NCBI GenBank assembly: GCA_030754595.1
Contig: JASLZZ010000039.1
Location: forward strand, 14,795-78,794
DNA from: Nitrospinota bacterium
Lineage (GTDB): Bacteria; UBA8248
Reading direction: 5' to 3'
DNA length: 64,000 nt
The position numbers and the translations under genes were made by a program. Below are positions 19,989 through 29,923 of the stretch, piece by piece. The notes beneath the pieces are model-generated. The model saw only the letters and a program-made list of their open reading frames with translations, ran no database searches and was not told the DNA's origin. Every line of letters begins with the position of its first letter. Within the stretch, counting starts at the first letter, position 1.

Positions 19989-20783
19989 ATGCCGGACGTG
20001 ACCGTGAACGGGGTGAGGCTCCACTATCTGGACAAGGGCGAGGGGCCGGCGATTGTGCTGGTGCATGGTTTTCAGAGCTCGGCGTTCGCGTTTCATCCGA
20101 TTATTGATCGCCTCGCCGAAAGCTTCCGGGTGCTCGCGCTGGACCTGAGGGGTCACGGGGACTCGGAGAGACCGGCGGGGCCCTACCGGATTCAGGATTT
20201 CTCGGACGACGTTCTCGCCTTCATCGACGTGCTGGGGCTCGAGCGGGTGGACTACATGGGCCAGAGCATGGGCGGGCGGACGGGCACGCTTTTCGGGGTC
20301 GAGCACAGTGATCGCCTGAACCGGTTGATGCTGGTCTCCTCGTCGGCGGGGCCGCCGTCGGGCGACTACCGAGCGCACTTCGAGGGGCTCCTTGCCCAGG
20401 CTGGGCGGGAGGGAATGGCCGCCATCTTCGACAGCGAAAATTATCAGAGCCGGGTTCCGCCCCAGCTCAGAGAGGGGGAACTCGCGCGGGAACTCAGAGA
20501 GCGTTTCCTCAAAAACACACCCGAGACCTATGCCGCGACGGCGAACGCGCTGTTCACGATGCCTGACCTGGTGTGCCGGCTCGGCGAAATCGGCGCTCCC
20601 ACCTGGGTCTGCCACGGCGGGAACGACGAGGGACCACTCGATTTTAGTGAAGTCTATTTGGAGGGTGTTCCCACCTGCCGGCGGGTGATTATCGCCGGCT
20701 CGGGTCATCACCCAATCTGGGACAACACCGGCGAATTCATGGATGAGGTCGGCGCGTTTCTGGCTGAATTCCCCGTCGGGTAA
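19989..20783 (+). CDS. alpha/beta fold hydrolase
   Basis: LVHG, DLRGHG, nucleophile elbow GQSMGG, C-terminal GH; RBS GGAGG. Confidence 0.88.
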   Translation: MPDVTVNGVRLHYLDKGEGPAIVLVHGFQSSAFAFHPIIDRLAESFRVLALDLRGHGDSERPAGPYRIQDFSDDVLAFIDVLGLERVDYMGQSMGGRTGTLFGVEHSDRLNRLMLVSSSAGPPSGDYRAHFEGLLAQAGREGMAAIFDSENYQSRVPPQLREGELARELRERFLKNTPETYAATANALFTMPDLVCRLGEIGAPTWVCHGGNDEGPLDFSEVYLEGVPTCRRVIIAGSGHHPIWDNTGEFMDEVGAFLAEFPVG

Positions 20784-20865
20784 GGGGCTTCGGGAGCGAA
20801 ATGGCTCTTTTGGGGGGGGAATTCGCGCCCTCCATTAAGCCGCTCCGGAGATTGACCGATAGGTA

Positions 20866-20891
20866 TAAAAGCCCCCTTTAGGGGGGTTTTA
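20866..20891. terminator. possible bidirectional intrinsic terminator
   Basis: TAAAA-GCCCCC-TTTA-GGGGGG-TTTTA downstream of the hydrolase. Confidence 0.4.
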
Positions 20892-21012
20892 ATTGATTTA
20901 GGGCGAACTCGCGAATTGCCGCAATTGGAAATAGTTGCAATTCGCGGAGAAAATTGTCTAAAATTCGCGTTCTTGGTTCTTTTCTTGTTTTGAGAGGTTT
21001 TCGCCCGTACCC

Positions 21013-21684
21013 ATGAATCCGTCTGTCGCCATCATTCACGCCACACGCGCCGCCGTCACCCCTATCGAGGAAACCTTCGCGCGGCTCTGGCCCGATGCCG
21101 AAACAACCAGCCTTCTGGATGAATCCCTGAGCCGGGATCTGGATAGGGAGGGTGAACTAACACCGGCCCTGTCGGAACGCATCGGCAGGCTCGCCTGTTT
21201 CGCGAAAAGCGGCGGGGCGGACGCGATTTTGTTTTCCTGCTCGGCGTTTGGCGATGCCATCGAGGTGGCGCGGGCCTCGATGGACATTCCGGTCCTCAAG
21301 CCCAACGAGGCGATGCTCGAAGAAGCGTTGGCGGCGGGCTCGCAAATCCGCCTCGTCGCGACGTTCAAGCCATCCATCCAGTCCATGCTCAAGGAACTCG
21401 ACGAAATGAGTGGGAAGCGTGGGCAGAAAATCGAGACCGATTCGTGTTTTGTACCCGGGGCCCTTGAGGCCCTTTTATGCGGAGATGGAGAAAAACACGA
21501 CTTCCTGATCGCCGAGGCGTTGGCTGATCAACCGCCCTGCGATGTCGTGCTTCTGGGTCAATTCTCGATGGCCCGTGCGCTACCCGCCGTTACCCGGAAG
21601 ATCGGCACGAAAATCCTCACCAGCCCGGACAGCGCGGTCTCGAACCTTCGCGAGCAGCTTTCCCTCGTCAGAGAATCATTCTAA
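21013..21684 (+). CDS. Asp/Glu/hydantoin racemase family protein
   Basis: IIHA, ADAILFSCSAFG, PVLKPNEAM, VVLLGQFSM (second Cys absent), TSPDSA. Confidence 0.8.
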   Translation: MNPSVAIIHATRAAVTPIEETFARLWPDAETTSLLDESLSRDLDREGELTPALSERIGRLACFAKSGGADAILFSCSAFGDAIEVARASMDIPVLKPNEAMLEEALAAGSQIRLVATFKPSIQSMLKELDEMSGKRGQKIETDSCFVPGALEALLCGDGEKHDFLIAEALADQPPCDVVLLGQFSMARALPAVTRKIGTKILTSPDSAVSNLREQLSLVRESF

Positions 21685-21749
21685 GTCCCACGCCCCGAAT
21701 TTCACGCCTTATTTCCCCGTTGTCCGTCTTTGCCAGAAAGAATTCGGAG

Positions 21750-23348
21750 CTAATGGACTGCTTCTGACAATTCCGGGGCCGGAAGGGGCGTCCACCATTT
21801 CTCAAGATTCAAATCATCCGCGATTACGCCCGCCGCGTTGTATCCCGGAGCGCCGTTCAGGCCCCCGCCCTGACAGCTTGACCCGCAGAGATAAAATCCC
21901 TCGAGCGGGGTCCGCAAGCCCGAGAGTAGGGGGTGTGGTCGGTTCACTCCGAGCTGGTCTTTTTTGTAGGCCCCCATCCGGACGGCGACGTTGACCATGT
22001 TCGAGTTTCCTCTCTCGATGTCGAGAGGGGTGAAGAGTTTTGCCGCACGAAGGGTGTCCCCGGTCAGGTTCGGCGCATACTCCCTCCAGACGTCGAGGAG
22101 CCTCCCGGTCATCTCCTCCTGTATTTCATCCCATTTTTCGGGGCCTTTCCCCTCGATGCTGTAAGGGGCGCCGGGCCACCAGAAGGCGACGTGGCCGCCA
22201 TCGGGGGTGTAGGAGGGGTCGTGCTGGCTGTTGCACGAGCCGTTTCCCATCGGCCGGGTGGGGATTTTTCCGGCGCGGCGCTCCTGGGCGTTCTGCTCGA
22301 CTTCCTCATCGGTGTCCGCCCCGAAAATGATATTGAACGACTCGCCGACGGCGGGGTCGTATTCCTCGGCCCGGTATACCGGGCGCTCGGAGGTGGCGAT
22401 GTGGAGTGTCATCAGGGAGTGGAATCCCCAATCCCACGTCCGGATTTTTTCATTCACCTCGCCCGGAAAGGCGTCCTCCCCCGCTAGCCGAATTGAGGCG
22501 GGCGCGTTCAGGCCGCTGGCGACGAATTTATTGGCCAGATGGCGGCTGCCGTCGTCGAGAACGCCGCCCGCCGCCCGGCCTCCCTCCCGGATGACCTCGC
22601 GGACCCGGCTGCTCCGGTGGACTTCCCCACCCTGCTCGACGACGAGTTTTTCGAGCGCCCGGGGCAGCTCGAGCGCCCCGCCGCAGGGGAGGCCCAGTGT
22701 CGTTTGAGTCGAGAAAAGACCGGGAAAGAACATGCCGGTTCCGGGTTCGTCCTCGACGGTGATCGCGTGGGCGAAGAGCTTGAACAAGGTGCGCAGGCGG
22801 GGGTGCTCGAAGTGGGCGTCGATGGCCCCGGAAATGCTCATCGGCGCGAAGGCGAGAAGATCGCGGCCTTTTTCGCCCTGAACGCGCTCCGCGATTTCGG
22901 CGGGCGGAAGCGGGGTGTGGAAAAGAAAACTCCGCATGAGCGGACCGAGTTCAACGGCATAGCGTTGATGTAGCTCGCGAAATGTTTTTGCGTCCTTTTC
23001 CGAGAACCGGGCGATTGAGGCCGCGCTTTTTTCGGGGTCCCGGTGAAGGACGATGGCGGAGCCGTCGCGGAAGAGGGCGGCGTGCTGCACCGGGGGGGTG
23101 AGCCACCGGAACCCGTACCTTCCGAGATCGAGGTCGCTCATGATCGGGAAATCGTCCAGCCCGATGAAAAAGTTCGCGTGCATGTTGGAACGGTAACCCG
23201 GAAGGAGATATTCGAGGGTGGAGGAGCCGCCGCCGATCTCCTCTTCGCTCTCGAAAATGCCCACCTTTAGGCTGCTCCGCGCCATGTAGGCCGCACAAAC
23301 GAGGGCGTTGTGCCCGGCACCGATCATGATTCCGTCATAGTTTCCCAT
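21750..23348 (-). CDS. FAD-dependent oxidoreductase, phytoene-desaturase-like family
   Basis: Rossmann IGAGHNAL...IGGG, YAPNL, TPLD, RTPLEGFYLCGS, GAPGYNAA. Confidence 0.85.
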   Translation of the reverse strand: MGNYDGIMIGAGHNALVCAAYMARSSLKVGIFESEEEIGGGSSTLEYLLPGYRSNMHANFFIGLDDFPIMSDLDLGRYGFRWLTPPVQHAALFRDGSAIVLHRDPEKSAASIARFSEKDAKTFRELHQRYAVELGPLMRSFLFHTPLPPAEIAERVQGEKGRDLLAFAPMSISGAIDAHFEHPRLRTLFKLFAHAITVEDEPGTGMFFPGLFSTQTTLGLPCGGALELPRALEKLVVEQGGEVHRSSRVREVIREGGRAAGGVLDDGSRHLANKFVASGLNAPASIRLAGEDAFPGEVNEKIRTWDWGFHSLMTLHIATSERPVYRAEEYDPAVGESFNIIFGADTDEEVEQNAQERRAGKIPTRPMGNGSCNSQHDPSYTPDGGHVAFWWPGAPYSIEGKGPEKWDEIQEEMTGRLLDVWREYAPNLTGDTLRAAKLFTPLDIERGNSNMVNVAVRMGAYKKDQLGVNRPHPLLSGLRTPLEGFYLCGSSCQGGGLNGAPGYNAAGVIADDLNLEKWWTPLPAPELSEAVH

Positions 23349-23382
23349 TCCGGGTCTCCTTCATAATGGTGTGTGGTAAATC

Positions 23383-23850
23383 TCAAGGGCCGGACAGCCT
23401 CCGGACCGCTTTTAAAATTTCCGGATATGATCCGCACCGGCAGTAGTGGCCGTTGAGATAGGTTTTCGCCTCCTCGTCGGTGGGTGTGGAATTCTCGGCG
23501 AGAAGCGCTTTAACCGCGAGCATCATCCCCGAGGTGCAAAAAGCGCACTGAAACGCGCCTTCCTCGAGAAATGCCTCTTGAACCGGATCGAGCCGCTCTC
23601 CGTCGGCGAGGCCTTCGGCAGTGGATATCTCCGCTCCCTCCGGGAGCGTGGAGGCCAGTTTGAGGCAGGAGCTGATCGGATTTCCGTTCAGAAGCACCGT
23701 GCAGGATCCGCAGGCCCCGACGCTGCACCCCTCGCGGGCCGCTTTAAGGCCGAGCCGGTCGCGGAGCATGTCCAGAAGGAGGGTGTTGTCCTCGATTTCC
23801 ACCCGCCGGCCCTCGCCGTTTATCTTGAGGCTGATGGTCCGCCGGCTCAT
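23383..23850 (-). CDS. xanthine dehydrogenase family [2Fe-2S] small subunit (CoxS/CutS-like)
   Basis: GCSVGACGSCTV, QCAFC, CRCGSY. Confidence 0.92.
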   Translation of the reverse strand: MSRRTISLKINGEGRRVEIEDNTLLLDMLRDRLGLKAAREGCSVGACGSCTVLLNGNPISSCLKLASTLPEGAEISTAEGLADGERLDPVQEAFLEEGAFQCAFCTSGMMLAVKALLAENSTPTDEEAKTYLNGHYCRCGSYPEILKAVRRLSGP

Positions 23851-26258
23851 TTGGGGCCCTCCCCGTCTGGGGCGGCGCCACTCGCTTCCTTGCCCGGCGC
23901 CGCTCCGCTCGCCTCCCGCATCGCCCGAAGGACTTTTTCGGGGGTGACGGGCATGTCTTTCAACCAGATACCCACCGCGTCGTGGATGGCGTTCACGATG
24001 GCGGGCTTGAGGGCCATCGTTCCTGTCTCGCCCACTCCGCGCGCGCCGTAGGGACCCGATTCGAGGGGATTCTCGACGATATCGGTGATGAATTCGCGCG
24101 GCATATCCTCGAATGCGGTCAAAGGGTATTCAAGGAACGAGCCGTTCACGAGACGGCCGTCCTCGATTCGCATGGACTCGAACAGGGCGAATCCCAGGGT
24201 CATCGCGGCGGCTCCCTGAACCTGCTCGACGCAGTGCCGGGGGTTGATCGCCCGGCCCACGTCGGCGGAGCAAACCAGCCGGGTGACTTTCACGAAACCG
24301 GTCTCGGTGTCCACCTCGACCTCGGCGCCGCTGGCCCCGGCGAACCAGTGTTCGGTCATCCGGGGAGTCTGGCCCGTTTCGGGGTCGGCTTTGACTGCAT
24401 GACCCTGAAAGGTGCCTTCGCCGGTGAGGGTGGTTCCGGGGGCGCCGAAGCGCTTGAGGAAAATCTCGGGAATGGTTATCGCGCGCTCGGGCAGGGAGCG
24501 GGAGAAAACCCGGCCCTCCCTGAGCTCGAGCTCCTCGGAGGGAATTTCAAGAGCTTCGGATGCCGTTTCGAGGAGTTTTTCCCGAATCTGCCGAGCGGCG
24601 CCGATTACAGCGTTGCCCATGTGATAGGTGGAGCGGCTCCCCGCCGTGAGCGTGTCGTAGGGGGATTGATCGGTGTCCGGTGTCGTAACGTGGACTTTAT
24701 TCACGTCAAGCCCGAGCTCCTCGGCGGCGATTTGGGCGAAAGCCGTTGTCGCGCCCTGGCCCATCTCCACCGTCGCGGAGCGCACGATGGCGCTTCCGTC
24801 GCTGTTCAGCTCAACGATGGCGTTCGATATGGTAGGGGATATGACGGATTTGAAACCCAGGGCGATTCCCCGGCCGCGGGCGATGTGCTTTTCCTGGGTG
24901 AGCCCCGGGCCCAGGGTGGGTGCCGGACGGTTCTCCGAAGTTTTTTCCATCACCCGGCTCACTGAGTCGAGACAGGCCCGGAGCCCTATCGAGGTGACCG
25001 GGGAGCCCGTGGAGTAAAGGTCGCCTTCTTCTAAGACATACTCCCGCTGCAGGGCTACGGGGTCTTTTTCGAGTAAGGTGGCCGCCTTGTTCATGTGGGT
25101 TTCGTAGGCGATGGCCAGCTGGGGGACGCCGAAGCCTCGCAACGGCCCCGAGGGGGTTTTGTTCGTGTAGACGCAAAAGGCATCGACCGAAACGTTGGGA
25201 AATTTGTAGGGCCCCGGAGCGGTGGAGCCTGTCTTTTGGGCGATGCGCGGGCCGACCTCGGCGTAGGCCCCGGCGTCGTAGAAGACCTCTACCTTGCGGG
25301 CGGTGATTTTACCGTCCTTGATCCCGGTCCATATTTTCGTCGCCGCGCCGTGCCTGGAGGAGGTGTAGAAGACCTCCTCGCGCGAGAGGTGAAGTTGAAC
25401 GGGGCGGCTCGTCACCTTCGCCATGAGACAAGTGAGGGGTTCGAGCTTGTCGTAAATCTTTCCGCCGTAGCTCCCACCGAGCGGAGGAACGACGACGCGG
25501 ACATCGGCCAGCGCGAGGCCGAAGATCGCCGCCAGATCCCCGCGGACGAAATAGGGGGTCTGTGAGGTGGTGTGGACGATGAGCCTTCCGCCGGGCTCGA
25601 ACCAGGCGGCGGCGCCGTGAGGCTCGAGGTGGGCGTGGGAGACCGGCGGGCAGGTGTAGGTGTCCTCGAGAACATGATCAGCCTCGGCCAGCGCCTTTTC
25701 GGCGTCGCCTTGCCTTTGCTTGTAATGGGTGCAAATGTTGGTTCCCGGGTGCCCTTTGAGCGCCATGAGATCGGCGAAGGCTCCGGCGGGCTCGAGGGAA
25801 TCGTGGAGAAGGGGCGCTCCGGGTTGCGCGGCCTCGAAGGGGTTCTGCACATGGGGAAGCTCTTCGTATTCGGCCTCGATGAGCGCGGCGGCCTCCTCGG
25901 CGGCTTCCCGGTTTTCGGCGGCGACGGCCGCGATGGGCTCGCCCGCGTAGCGCACCTTTCCGAAGGCGAGGATGGGCTGATCGCGGAAAGCGGGGCCGTA
26001 GCAGGGCCGGACGCCATGGACCGCCAGCAGGTTCTCACCGGTGAACACGGCCGCGACTCCGGGGACGCCGCCGGCCGCACGGGTGTCCACGCGGAGGATC
26101 TTAGCGTGCGGGTGCGTACTCCTCGCCAGGGCCAAGTGGAGCGCGCCGGGAAACACCATGTCGGCGAGATATCGCTGCGCCCCTCGGACTTTCGCCGGGC
26201 CGTCGAGTCGGAGAACGTCATGCCCGACGACGCTCCATTCTATTGATTCCCGTGTCAA
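23847..26258 (-). CDS. xanthine dehydrogenase family molybdopterin-binding large subunit
   Basis: KVRYAGEP, GGSYGGK, active-site loop PLRGFG, EMGQG, AGSRS, DVGRAINP, GARGVGE. Confidence 0.92.
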   Translation of the reverse strand: MTRESIEWSVVGHDVLRLDGPAKVRGAQRYLADMVFPGALHLALARSTHPHAKILRVDTRAAGGVPGVAAVFTGENLLAVHGVRPCYGPAFRDQPILAFGKVRYAGEPIAAVAAENREAAEEAAALIEAEYEELPHVQNPFEAAQPGAPLLHDSLEPAGAFADLMALKGHPGTNICTHYKQRQGDAEKALAEADHVLEDTYTCPPVSHAHLEPHGAAAWFEPGGRLIVHTTSQTPYFVRGDLAAIFGLALADVRVVVPPLGGSYGGKIYDKLEPLTCLMAKVTSRPVQLHLSREEVFYTSSRHGAATKIWTGIKDGKITARKVEVFYDAGAYAEVGPRIAQKTGSTAPGPYKFPNVSVDAFCVYTNKTPSGPLRGFGVPQLAIAYETHMNKAATLLEKDPVALQREYVLEEGDLYSTGSPVTSIGLRACLDSVSRVMEKTSENRPAPTLGPGLTQEKHIARGRGIALGFKSVISPTISNAIVELNSDGSAIVRSATVEMGQGATTAFAQIAAEELGLDVNKVHVTTPDTDQSPYDTLTAGSRSTYHMGNAVIGAARQIREKLLETASEALEIPSEELELREGRVFSRSLPERAITIPEIFLKRFGAPGTTLTGEGTFQGHAVKADPETGQTPRMTEHWFAGASGAEVEVDTETGFVKVTRLVCSADVGRAINPRHCVEQVQGAAAMTLGFALFESMRIEDGRLVNGSFLEYPLTAFEDMPREFITDIVENPLESGPYGARGVGETGTMALKPAIVNAIHDAVGIWLKDMPVTPEKVLRAMREASGAAPGKEASGAAPDGEGPK

Positions 26259-27148
26259 TTTTTTCTCCGCTCGTCCCTGGCTTTCGGTTTCCGCCGGGCC
26301 GCTTCGAGTAGTGCCCTCCGGACGAGAACGGGGGCGATTTCCCGTTTGTACCAGGTCGAACCCGAGGAATCCTCGATCGAGTCGAGTTGACTGTGTGTCA
26401 GGTCGGCCACTTTTTGCGCCGCTGCTTCGGTCACCGCCTCCCCGCTTAATATTTCATCCACTCCTTCCAGCAGGAGGGGAGTCTGGGCCGCGGCGGTGAG
26501 GACCACCCGCGCGCTTTCGCATTTTCCGGAGAAATTCTCTTTGATATAAACCGCCACTCCGACACAAGGCCAGTCGGCCGATGCGTGGGAAGTGAATTTC
26601 AGGTAATGGCCCGAGGCTTCTTCATCGGTCGGCGGAAGATCGACGCCGAGAATAATTTCGTCATCTTCCTTGGCTGTTTCGAAAAAGCCCCGGAAAAAAT
26701 CCTCGAGTTGAAGCTCTCGCTCGCCCCTTGCCGAGCCAAGGCGAACTCTCGCTCCGAGAGCGATCAGGGCGCCGGGGGGGTCGAGGCGATAGTCCCCGTG
26801 CGCCAGGTTTCCGCCTACCGTCGCCGACCAGCGGACCCGAACATTCGCGACGGAGGAAAGAGTTTCGCTCAGAAGCGGGTATTGGCTCCGAACGGCAGGG
26901 TGCATTTCGACGGACCGCAAGGTAGCCATGGCTCCGATTGAAAGTCCGCCGCTTTTTGCGGGCGAAACACCACCGAGGCCGCTTATTTTGTGCAAAGAAA
27001 CGATATGCGAAGGATTGAAGAGGCGCTGGCGCATCATGGAGATAATGGCGGTTCCCCCGGCGAGGGGGATTGTTTCGTGCGCCGAGATAAGTCGGCTCGC
27101 TTCTTCGTAGGTATCTGGTTCGAGAAGCTCGAATCGGGGAACACCCAT
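26255..27148 (-). CDS. xanthine dehydrogenase family FAD-binding medium subunit (CoxM/CutM-like)
   Basis: PLAGGT, IGAMATL, ATVGGNL; operon order M-L-S with overlapping stops and starts. Confidence 0.9.
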   Translation of the reverse strand: MGVPRFELLEPDTYEEASRLISAHETIPLAGGTAIISMMRQRLFNPSHIVSLHKISGLGGVSPAKSGGLSIGAMATLRSVEMHPAVRSQYPLLSETLSSVANVRVRWSATVGGNLAHGDYRLDPPGALIALGARVRLGSARGERELQLEDFFRGFFETAKEDDEIILGVDLPPTDEEASGHYLKFTSHASADWPCVGVAVYIKENFSGKCESARVVLTAAAQTPLLLEGVDEILSGEAVTEAAAQKVADLTHSQLDSIEDSSGSTWYKREIAPVLVRRALLEAARRKPKARDERRKN

Positions 27149-27352
27149 TTTGTCTCCCTTCCCGTATCCGGAAAAGAGATGTCTTCGCGAAGGAATCGGA
27201 TTTGTATAGAGACTACGACATCGCCGTGATAACTGTCCAACATTTCACTGGCGATCACTTATTTGAAAATAGCGGTGCTGGCCTTGACGGAGGAGGCAAA
27301 TGGGCTTTTGATGACGTAAGTTTCCAAAATGTTTAGAAAGAGGGGGGGTTCC

Positions 27353-28216
27353 ATGCGGCAATTGAGCGATCATCTTTATGCGGAAACAGGGTACGACTGG
27401 GCCAACGTGGGCGCCGCCGTCACGGAAAAAGGGGTGGTGCTCCTCGATTGCCCGGTGAGGCCGACGGACTCGAGCCACTGGCTGTCCGAGGTTGGGCCTC
27501 TTAGCTCTCGAGGCATCCAGTATCTCATCGCCACGGATTTTCATGGCGACCACACTACGGGAGCCGCTTTCGTCGGCGATGTTCATTTCATCGCCCCTCA
27601 ATATGTGTACGGAGAAATTTCGAAGGGAGCCAATGCCTTTTCAAAAGAAATTTTCACCGAAACCCTGCGGGATCAGGGCCATGTGGAGGAGGCGGATCAA
27701 ATTCTGGAGGCCCCGGTTCCCCTACCTCAATTTTGTTTTGAAGATTCCTTGATTCTTCACCTTTCCCCGCTCACTTTCGAGATTCACCGCAAGGGGGGCC
27801 ACTCTCCGGCATGCACTTCCGTGCTTGTCCCCGAGGAGGGGGTGTTGTTTTCGGGAGATGTCGTGATCAACGGCCCTTCGATGGGAATGCGCGATGCTCA
27901 TCTGGGGCAGTGGATTGAGGCGCTTTCGTGGGTCGAGGGTCTGAATGTGGACACCATTGTCCCCGGACACGGAGAGATTTGCGGAAAGGACGTGCCCAGA
28001 ACATTGCGCGAACGTCTTACTGAGGTCCTTGAAGGCATGAGACGGCTGGTTCAGGAGGGCCAGAGCAAGAGAGAGGCCGTGGAGGATCCATCTTTCGCCA
28101 AATTTTTTCATGGGGACGCCTCCCGGGGGGCGTACTGGCTCCAGCAGCGAAAGGACACTTTTCGTGAGGGTCTGGAACGAGTCTTCGAGGAGGCGAAGAA
28201 AGAGGTTGGAAACTGA
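27353..28216 (+). CDS. MBL-fold metallo-hydrolase (cyclase-like)
   Basis: TDFHGDH (variant HxHxDH), GHS, FSGD, VPGHG. Confidence 0.85.
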   Translation: MRQLSDHLYAETGYDWANVGAAVTEKGVVLLDCPVRPTDSSHWLSEVGPLSSRGIQYLIATDFHGDHTTGAAFVGDVHFIAPQYVYGEISKGANAFSKEIFTETLRDQGHVEEADQILEAPVPLPQFCFEDSLILHLSPLTFEIHRKGGHSPACTSVLVPEEGVLFSGDVVINGPSMGMRDAHLGQWIEALSWVEGLNVDTIVPGHGEICGKDVPRTLRERLTEVLEGMRRLVQEGQSKREAVEDPSFAKFFHGDASRGAYWLQQRKDTFREGLERVFEEAKKEVGN

Positions 28217-28256
28217 GAAGCCATGCGAAGCAAAAGATTTATGAGGGGAAAGGCTT

Positions 28257-28678
28257 ATGAAAGCTGTGGAGCGAAAGCTGGGCAGAATATTTCATCTGGA
28301 ATATGAGGCCTGAGACGATTTTTTCGGGGAGCTTAATCAGTTTGTAAAGGAGAAAAATATCCGCGCCGGCTCCGTTTTTCTCCTGGGAGCCCTTTCCCGG
28401 ACCGAGATGATTTTGGGGTTCAAGACAATGGACGGATACGATGTGGATAGGCGCGTTTTCGAGGAGTGGCGGGAATTGGTGGCCGTGAGCACCATTAGCT
28501 GGCCCGAGAACCCCCAGCGGTGCTGGGCGATGTGGATTGGACCGGGCCTCAGCCGTATGTCCATATCCATATGGTCCTTAGCGGCGGACCCGGCAGGAAT
28601 GAAGATGTCCTTATCGGTCATCTGAGCGGCGGAGTTCTCAAGGGCGGAATGAACCTTGATATTTACGAGCACATTTAG
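28257..28678 (+). pseudogene. PPC (DUF296) domain protein with in-frame TGA (28311-28313) and a frameshift at the C-run 28511-28515
   Basis: Reconstructed: MKAVERKLGRIFHLEYEA*DDFFGELNQFVKEKNIRAGSVFLLGAL...ELVAVSTI...PYVHIHMVLS...IGHLSGG...EHI*; HxH and GHL motifs of PPC domains. Confidence 0.75.
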
Positions 28679-28777
28679 GCGATAGCCGCTGGCTCCCGTG
28701 CCGGGATATGTTTATACTGAATACCATATCCAACACTTAGGCTTTAATATTCGGTTTCAGTCCAGGGAGGGGAGTTC

Positions 28778-29914
28778 TTGTCCATCGAGTTGGCGTGGTA
28801 CATGTCGTGCGATGGAGATGGTTCTCATATTGGCCGTAAATTCGCCGAGTTTCCTCCAAGTTTTGAAACTTTCACCCGCGTCGCCCAAAATGCCGAGAAA
28901 TCCGGATTCACCACCCTTCTCGTTCCCACATCGCAGATTAGCGGACACTATGGGCGCGAGGCGCCGACCTGGGACAGCATTATCAACGCGGCGGTCGTCG
29001 CCCCCGCGACGAAGGTCATCAAGCTGCTTCTCGCCGTCCGCCCGGGGATGATCCACCCGTCCTATTGCGCCCGGATGATGGCCTCCCTCGATGAATTGAG
29101 CGGGGGGCGGATTATGTACAACATCGTGACCGGCGGCTCCGATCTTTCGGCCTATGGAGACGACCTCGACCACGACACGCGGTATGAACGGACGGAGGAA
29201 TATATCCAGGTTCTCGAAGGTCTCTGGACCCAGGATAATTTTTCCTTCGAGGGAAAGTACTATCGTTTCAGGGATGCTTCGGTGTATCCCCGGCCGGTGC
29301 AGAAACCTCGAATCCCTTTTTTTATGGCGGGTGCTTCGGAGATCGCCCGGAAAATAGCCGTCCGGCACGGTGACTACTGGGTGTTCTGGGGTGAGACGCC
29401 GGATCAGGTGAGGGAGCAAGTCGAAGGAATGGAAAAGTCCCTCGAGGGAAGGGATCGGCCGCTCAAGTACGTGACGCGGTTTCAAATCATGGCGCGCGAC
29501 ACGGAAGAGGAAGCCTTCGAGGCGGCGGAGGAAGTCCTCAGCAAGATCGATCCCGAGGTTCTGGCCCACCGGGGAAAAGTATTATCGAAATTCGATAGTA
29601 AGGGAACGCGGAACCAACAAGAACGGACAAAAGAGGAAATGGTCGGACCGAATCTCTGGGCGGGAATGGGCCGCATTCGATCGGGGTCCGCCGTAACAAT
29701 TGTCGGGAATTATGAGCAGTGTGCCAGAAAAATAATTGAGATCGAGCAGGCGGGGGTTCACCTCCTTATCCTTTCGGGATTTCCCCTTCATTCCGAATGC
29801 GAGCGAATTGGCGAAAAAGTTATCCCGTTGGTTCGGGAGATGGAACTTGACATGGGGCTGATTAACGAAGAGGAAGACATTTTTCTAAAGGTGGCCGCTG
29901 CCGCGGCGTCCTAG
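28778..29914 (+). CDS. LLM-class (luciferase-like) flavin-dependent monooxygenase, SsuD-like
   Basis: AQNAEKSGF, LLAVRPG, SGGRIMYNIVTG, HDTRYERTEE, FSFEGKYY, AGAS, PNLWAG, ILSGFP. Confidence 0.9.
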   Translation: MSIELAWYMSCDGDGSHIGRKFAEFPPSFETFTRVAQNAEKSGFTTLLVPTSQISGHYGREAPTWDSIINAAVVAPATKVIKLLLAVRPGMIHPSYCARMMASLDELSGGRIMYNIVTGGSDLSAYGDDLDHDTRYERTEEYIQVLEGLWTQDNFSFEGKYYRFRDASVYPRPVQKPRIPFFMAGASEIARKIAVRHGDYWVFWGETPDQVREQVEGMEKSLEGRDRPLKYVTRFQIMARDTEEEAFEAAEEVLSKIDPEVLAHRGKVLSKFDSKGTRNQQERTKEEMVGPNLWAGMGRIRSGSAVTIVGNYEQCARKIIEIEQAGVHLLILSGFPLHSECERIGEKVIPLVREMELDMGLINEEEDIFLKVAAAAAS

Positions 29915-29923
29915 GAGCGAATA

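Noticed and set aside
19989..20783. Hydrolase as the missing alpha-ribazole phosphatase CobC
   Set aside because: Alpha/beta hydrolase fold without the RHG motif, and separated from cobS by about 160 nt.
23383..27148. Aerobic CO dehydrogenase coxMSL
   Set aside because: Lacks the AYxCSFR and AYRGAGR signatures; gene order is M-L-S; no cox accessory genes.
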